Source of the DNA: Myxococcota bacterium
Lineage (GTDB): Bacteria; Myxococcota_A; Polyangia; Polyangiales; Sandaracinaceae
Length of the DNA: 15,576 bases
NCBI GenBank assembly: GCA_036149055.1
Contig: JAYZQJ010000174.1
Coordinates: 1-15,576 of the forward strand
Reading direction: 5' to 3'
Part shown: positions 8,338-15,576 of the stretch, one piece after another
Layout: each line of letters begins with the position of its first letter
Numbering within the stretch: position 1 is the first letter of the stretch
Program-made: the position numbers and the translations under genes
Notes under the pieces: model-generated
What the model was told of the DNA's origin: nothing
The model's input: only the letters and a program-made list of their open reading frames with translations
Databases searched by the model: none

Positions 8338-8968
8338 GCACCGCCGTACCCCGCGCGGCTGGGCAGTGAGGCCCCCGGCGGCCAGTCACCATCCCGCGGC
8401 CCCAGAACATCTTTGCGCCTTGGCGCCTTTGCGAGAGCCCATCAGCAGCATCCGCAGCCCTCCAAGGAAGCAACACGAGCTGCACCGCCGTACACCCCGC
8501 GGCTGGGCAGTCAGGCACCCGGCGGCCAGTCACCCCATCCCGCCGCCCCTCTGCGCCTCTGCGCCTCTGCGAGAAACAATTTGTCCCCCGCAGCCCACCC
8601 GAAGAAAGACAGCCAGGCACCCGGCGGCCAGCCACCATCCCGCGGCCCCAGAACATCTTTGCGCCTTTGCGCCTTTGCGAGAGCCCATCAGCAGCATCCG
8701 CAGCCCTCCAAGGGAGCGACACGAGCTGCACCCCAGTACACCGCGCAGGTGGACAGTCAGGCACCTGGCGGCCGGTCACCATCCCGCCGCCCCTCTGCGC
8801 CTCTGCGCCTCTGCGAGAAACAACTTGCCTCCCGCAGCTCCCCAGAAGAAAGACAGCCAGGCACCCGGCGGCCGGTCACCATCCCGTCGCCCCAGAACAT
8901 CTTTGCGCCTTCGCGCCTTGGCGAGAGCCCATCAGAAACATCCGCAGCCCTCCAAGGGAGCGACACGA
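8338..8968 (-). repeat. Right tandem array: five units (A-B-A-B-A, ~245-bp higher-order repeat), inverted relative to the left array
   Basis: 26-bp cores CTYTGCGCCTYTGCGCCTYTGCGAGA (with variants) at 8411, 8549, 8657, 8793 and 8901, spaced 138/108/136/108. Each is preceded by CAGYCAGGCACCCGGCGGCCRGTCACCATCCCG-like sequence. Confidence 0.93.
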
Positions 8969-8995
8969 AGGCGGGGCTTCGATAGCATCCGGCGC

Positions 8996-10222
8996 GTGAG
9001 CGCGGACATCGCGATCGTGCTGAGCGGCGGGGGCGCCCGCGGCGCCTACGAGGCGGGCGTCGTGGCCGGGATCGTCGACGTGCTCTCCGAGCGCAAGCCG
9101 CGCCGCGCGCCCTTCTCGATCTTCACCGGCACCTCCGTCGGCGCGATCAACGCGGCGTGGCTCGCGGCGCACGCGGACCGGCCGGACATGGACGTCGAGG
9201 GGCTGCTCGCGCACTGGCGCGAGCTCGACCTCGGTCGACACCTGTCGCTCGACCCGCTGCGGTTCCTCGCGGGGCCGCGGCTCGGTCGGAGGCTGGCGCG
9301 GTGGCGTGGGGAGGGCGACGAGCGCTGGGGGCGATCGCTGCTCGACCCGCGGGCGCTCGAGGAGCTGGTGGAGCGGGCGGTGCCCTACGACCGCCTCCAT
9401 CGCAACGTCGACCGGGGCGACGTGCACGCGCTGATGGTCGCCGCGCTCGAGATCAGCACCGCGCGGACCACCGTCTTCGCCGAGCTCGCGCCGGACGCGC
9501 GCTTCGTGCCCTCCAAGGACCCGCGACGCATCGGGCGGGAGGCGCGGATCGACGCGCGGCACGTGCTCGCCTCGGCCGCGATCCCGCTGCTCTTCCCGTC
9601 ACGGCGGATCGGCGACCGCTACTACGCCGACGGCGGCGTCCGCTTCAACACGCCGATCGCCCCGGCGATCCGCAGCGGCGCCGACAAGCTGGTGGTGATC
9701 TCGCTCCTCTACCCGATGGCGAGCCACGCGCCGCCGGGCAGCCCCGAGGCCGAGGCTCACGTCGCCGCCTACCCGAGCCCGGTGTTCCTGCTCGGCAAGG
9801 TGCTCAACGCCCTGCTGCTCGACCCGGTGGCCTACGACCTCCAGGTGCTGGAGCGGCTCAACACCCTGCTGCACACCCTGCAGGAGGCGCTCGAGCCGCA
9901 CGAGATGGAGCGCGTCCGCGACGTGCTGACCCAGACCCGGGGCGTGCCCTACCGCGAGCTGTCGACCCTCGTCTTCCGCCCGTCCCAGAACATCGGCCGC
10001 CTGGCCCACGACCACGCGGCCCAGGCGCCGGCCCGGGACGTCTCGAGCTTCCTGGTGCGCCAGCTGGCCGATCTGGGCGCCGACCTCGACGCCGACCTGC
10101 TCAGCTTCATCCTCTTCGACGGCCGCTTCGCGTCCGCCCTCAGCGAGCTCGGCCGCCACGACGCCCACGCCCGGGCCCCCGAGATCGACGCGTTCTTTCA
10201 CGACGCCGTGAACGGAACGTGA
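8996..10222 (+). CDS. Patatin-like phospholipase family protein (408 aa)
   Basis: C-terminal part of track ORF 5063..10222. Motifs IVLSGGGARGAYEAG, GTSVG (catalytic Ser), ASAAIP and DGG (catalytic Asp). GTG at 8996 lies 7 nt after TAGCAT and just before the first conserved motif. Confidence 0.92.
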   Translation: MSADIAIVLSGGGARGAYEAGVVAGIVDVLSERKPRRAPFSIFTGTSVGAINAAWLAAHADRPDMDVEGLLAHWRELDLGRHLSLDPLRFLAGPRLGRRLARWRGEGDERWGRSLLDPRALEELVERAVPYDRLHRNVDRGDVHALMVAALEISTARTTVFAELAPDARFVPSKDPRRIGREARIDARHVLASAAIPLLFPSRRIGDRYYADGGVRFNTPIAPAIRSGADKLVVISLLYPMASHAPPGSPEAEAHVAAYPSPVFLLGKVLNALLLDPVAYDLQVLERLNTLLHTLQEALEPHEMERVRDVLTQTRGVPYRELSTLVFRPSQNIGRLAHDHAAQAPARDVSSFLVRQLADLGADLDADLLSFILFDGRFASALSELGRHDAHARAPEIDAFFHDAVNGT

Positions 10223-10315
10223 CGCCGACGTCCATCCCGCCACGACCCAGAAGTGGGACATTCGATCGCGGTCGGAGAGCGCGGATGAGCCCGATCGCCA
10301 CGATCGATGTCTGAA

Positions 10316-10405
10316 TGTCGATAACTTTTGTGTGGAATCGACGAACGCCTCGAAATCGCTCCGCTTTCTCCATTCCCACAGGTTGTGCACAAGCTGTGTG
10401 CAAAG
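10316..10405. promoter_or_regulatory. Cluster of degenerate DnaA-box-like 9-mers in a lower-GC intergenic patch
   Basis: Mismatches versus TTWTNCACA / TGTGNAWAA: TGTCGATAA 10316-10324 (1), TGTGGAATC 10331-10339 (2), ATTCCCACA 10372-10380 (2), TTGTGCACAA 10383-10392 (1, on both strands), TGTGCAAAG 10397-10405 (1). No perfect box. Confidence 0.5.
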
Positions 10406-10537
10406 GATGCGCACAACGTGTGGGCGGAGGAGGGAGACGGTAGGACAGATCGTCCAGATCTCGCGACGTTACCGGTGGTAGTCCGTGACCGGGGTGTCAC
10501 ACGGCCAGGATGCTACGGGGCTTGTTGCCCCAGCCGG

Positions 10538-12331
<1,794 letters not shown>

Positions 12332-12374
12332 GGGCGAATCCTCGTTTCTGGATTGCCCGGCGGAACAGGACAGC

Positions 12375-12452
12375 TTCGCTTCCCTACGCCGGCATTGTCC
12401 GGATCAGGTTCCACGGGTGCTTCTCAGCGACGTGCGTCGCGCCCCGAGCGAA
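12375..12452 (-). ncRNA. TPP riboswitch (THI element) aptamer
   Basis: The minus strand reads UUCGCU-CGGGGCGC-GACG..CGUC-GCUGAGA-AGCACCCGUGG-AACCUGAUCCGGACAAUGCCGGCGUAGGGA-AGCGAA. It has the conserved GCUGAGA and ACCUGAU...AAU..C.GCGUAGGGA and a P1 stem (UUCGCU/AGCGAA), 43 nt upstream of thiC. Confidence 0.96.
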
Positions 12453-12543
12453 CGGCCGTGGACCCTAGCCTCTTTGTCGGGCGAGATCACGCGGATCCGT
12501 CTTTCGGGCCCCTCACCGACGGGCTGCTATGCTCCCGGCCCCC

Positions 12544-13962
<1,419 letters not shown>

Positions 13963-13983
13963 AGTCGGCTCGAGGGGGAGCCG

Positions 13984-15312
13984 ATGAAGGGAGACCGGGG
14001 GAACTGGGGCCTCTACGCGCTCTTGGCGCTAGGGGTCGCGATGGTCGTGGGCGGGTTCGTCGTCGAGCAGCTGCCGGAGCTCCCCGAGGCCCAGCCGGTC
14101 GCGGATTCGTTCACGCCGCCGCCGACCACCCCGCTCACGCCCGCTCCCGCCGCGCCGTCCCCCGCCGAGCCCGCGCCGGCCGCGCCCCCGCGCCACGACG
14201 AAGAGGTCACCCTCGTGTGGAACGCCGAGGTCGTCGGGGGTGATCGCCTCGCCGCCGGCACACCGTGCGCCCTGGCCCTGCGGGTCGCGCGGCGGCTGGC
14301 CGGGCCTCAGGCCATGCGGGCGATGATCGACTGCGACGCCGAGCGGGTGTTCGACGGCGACGTGGTCCGGCAGGAGCTCTGGGAGGTCCCGCTCGACGGG
14401 GTCTCCTTCGCCCACCGCGCGGACGTGTCGGCGGTCCGGGTGACCAACGCCGGCCGCGTCACCCTCGAGGGCCATACCGCCGAGCACCGCGCGCGGGTGG
14501 TCGGGCCGCGCGGGGTCGTCGAGCTCTACGTCGACGATCTCTCGAGCGCGCGGGCGATGGACCCGCTCTGGACCGCGAACGAAGGCCGCAGCGGCGCGGT
14601 CCAGCGTCCGCTCCGGCGGCTGGCGGTCCCCCTCTCGATCGAAGGCGACGCGCCCGCGGCGGTCCGCGCGGCGCAGGCCTCGGGGCTGCGACCGGCGCCC
14701 GGCGCGCCCCGGTGCGAGCTCTTCGGCGAGCCGGTCCCGAACGATCAGGTGTTCAACTGCCGGCTCGTCGTGCGCTGCGGCGACACGCTCCTCTACGGCG
14801 CCGGCAGCAGCGGCTACAACCGTTGCGAGGTCGAGGGGGGCTCCATCGTGGGCGCGATCGACGAGGGCACCTCCCCGGTCGACACCGACGCGGCGGTCAC
14901 CCTGAACGTCGGGGCTCGGATCCTGCGCGTCAGCGACGAGAAGGACGGCGCGTCGTTCTCCGCGATGTTCGCGCTGGCCTACGATCCCGGGTGCGATCTC
15001 GGGGGCCAGTGGACCGGCGCGGCGCTGGCCCGGAGCGGAGCCGCGCTCACCTGGCGTCTGACCGCCGACCCCGACGCGGACTCCGCCTCGCTGGTGAGCA
15101 CCGGCGGCGGCATCGCGAACGGCGAGCGCCAGGTCACCGCCTCCCTCGACTGCGACGCGGGCCAGGTGGTGCTCGACACCCGCTCGGCGAGCCTCCCCGA
15201 GCTCTCGCTGGCGCGCTACACGCTCACCTTCGGCCCCTCGTTCCGCACCCTCTCGGGCGGCTGGCGCGCGGGCGCGGACGACGCCGGCGCCCTCTGGGGC
15301 CAGCGCCGCTGA
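13984..15312 (+). CDS. Membrane-anchored hypothetical protein with Pro-rich linker and Cys-containing domains (442 aa)
   Basis: SD-like GGGGGAG just upstream. N-terminal TM helix ([18 protein letters not shown]), then a Pro/Ala linker, then beta-rich segments with paired Cys. Confidence 0.8.
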   Translation: MKGDRGNWGLYALLALGVAMVVGGFVVEQLPELPEAQPVADSFTPPPTTPLTPAPAAPSPAEPAPAAPPRHDEEVTLVWNAEVVGGDRLAAGTPCALALRVARRLAGPQAMRAMIDCDAERVFDGDVVRQELWEVPLDGVSFAHRADVSAVRVTNAGRVTLEGHTAEHRARVVGPRGVVELYVDDLSSARAMDPLWTANEGRSGAVQRPLRRLAVPLSIEGDAPAAVRAAQASGLRPAPGAPRCELFGEPVPNDQVFNCRLVVRCGDTLLYGAGSSGYNRCEVEGGSIVGAIDEGTSPVDTDAAVTLNVGARILRVSDEKDGASFSAMFALAYDPGCDLGGQWTGAALARSGAALTWRLTADPDADSASLVSTGGGIANGERQVTASLDCDAGQVVLDTRSASLPELSLARYTLTFGPSFRTLSGGWRAGADDAGALWGQRR

Positions 15313-15469
15313 AGGTCTCGAGCGCTCGAGAGGTGGCAAACGGTTGCGCGGGGGCTGCACGAGCCCGCTTCCACGACGACCGACCCGAGACGACGGCAGG
15401 CGACGAGGGCAGCGAGGTCGCCGCACGCGCCACCCACGAGTCGTTCGATCCCGCGGCAGCGGGCGGCCA

Positions 15470-15576
15470 GCTCGCGCGCAGCGCGAGCGCGAGCCGCAGG
15501 GCCCCCAGCGCCCCGTCGCTGGGGTCGCGGCGCGAGCGCGCAGCGCGACGCGCCGACGGAGTCCGGAGGGGGGCCC
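15470..15576. repeat. Cluster of GC-rich hairpins, REP-like palindromic element (may continue past the window edge)
   Basis: Hairpins GCTCGCGC-gca-GCGCGAGC (15470-15488), CCCCAGCG-ccccgt-CGCTGGGG (15503-15524) and GGCGCG-a-GCGC-gca-GCGC-ga-CGCGCC (15529-15554). GGGCCCCC (15499-15506) is complementary to GGGGGCCC (15569-15576). Confidence 0.5.

Noticed and set aside
7767..8930. Classical IS or MITE with terminal inverted repeats
   Set aside because: The outermost 36-bp inverted match exists, but I found no target-site duplication (flanks GGTCTTTTT / ATCAGAAAC) and no transposase. The repeat also continues past 8930. Kept only as a hypothesis in the findings.
7767..8968. CRISPR array
   Set aside because: The sequences between cores are themselves repeated rather than unique spacers, the cores are degenerate, the periods are 100-138 bp, and no cas genes are in the window.
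7747..8999. Short ORFs within the repeat region (e.g. 7747..8172, 8165..8782, 8413..8985)
   Set aside because: They are translations of DNA repeats in several frames and both strands, unit lengths are mostly not multiples of three, and there are no start signals.
5063..10222. 1719-aa ORF as a giant patatin fusion
   Set aside because: The first ~1310 codons are an off-frame shadow of the phosphodiesterase, antisense to the hydrolase, and a read-through of the DNA repeats. Repeat units change frame within it (LCASAPLRE vs LRLCASARN), so there is no coding constraint. Only 8996-10222 is patatin.

Overview
High-GC bacterial chromosomal window. The gene style (Cys-rich and 'DAG'-rich lipoproteins) suggests a Polyangiales/Sandaracinaceae-like myxobacterium, which is an inference. 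Recognisable genes are a stand-alone gcvPB, an alkaline-phosphatase-superfamily phosphodiesterase, an HSL-type alpha/beta hydrolase, a patatin-like phospholipase, thiC under a clear TPP riboswitch, and sthA, plus several lipoproteins and secreted hypotheticals. Three non-coding signals stand out. (1) A 1.2-kb region (7767-8968) holds two head-to-head arrays of one ~80-bp module, carrying nine triple-nonamer cores (CTYTGCGCC x3) in A/B alternation around a short spacer with no cargo gene. (2) A cluster of degenerate DnaA-box-like 9-mers with a 22-bp near-palindrome (10316-10405) lies between convergent genes, with no dnaA in the window. (3) A TAnnnT hexamer recurs 7-10 nt before five start codons that lack a Shine-Dalgarno (SD) site, suggesting leaderless transcription. 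Most long ORFs in the supplied track are GC-rich shadow frames.
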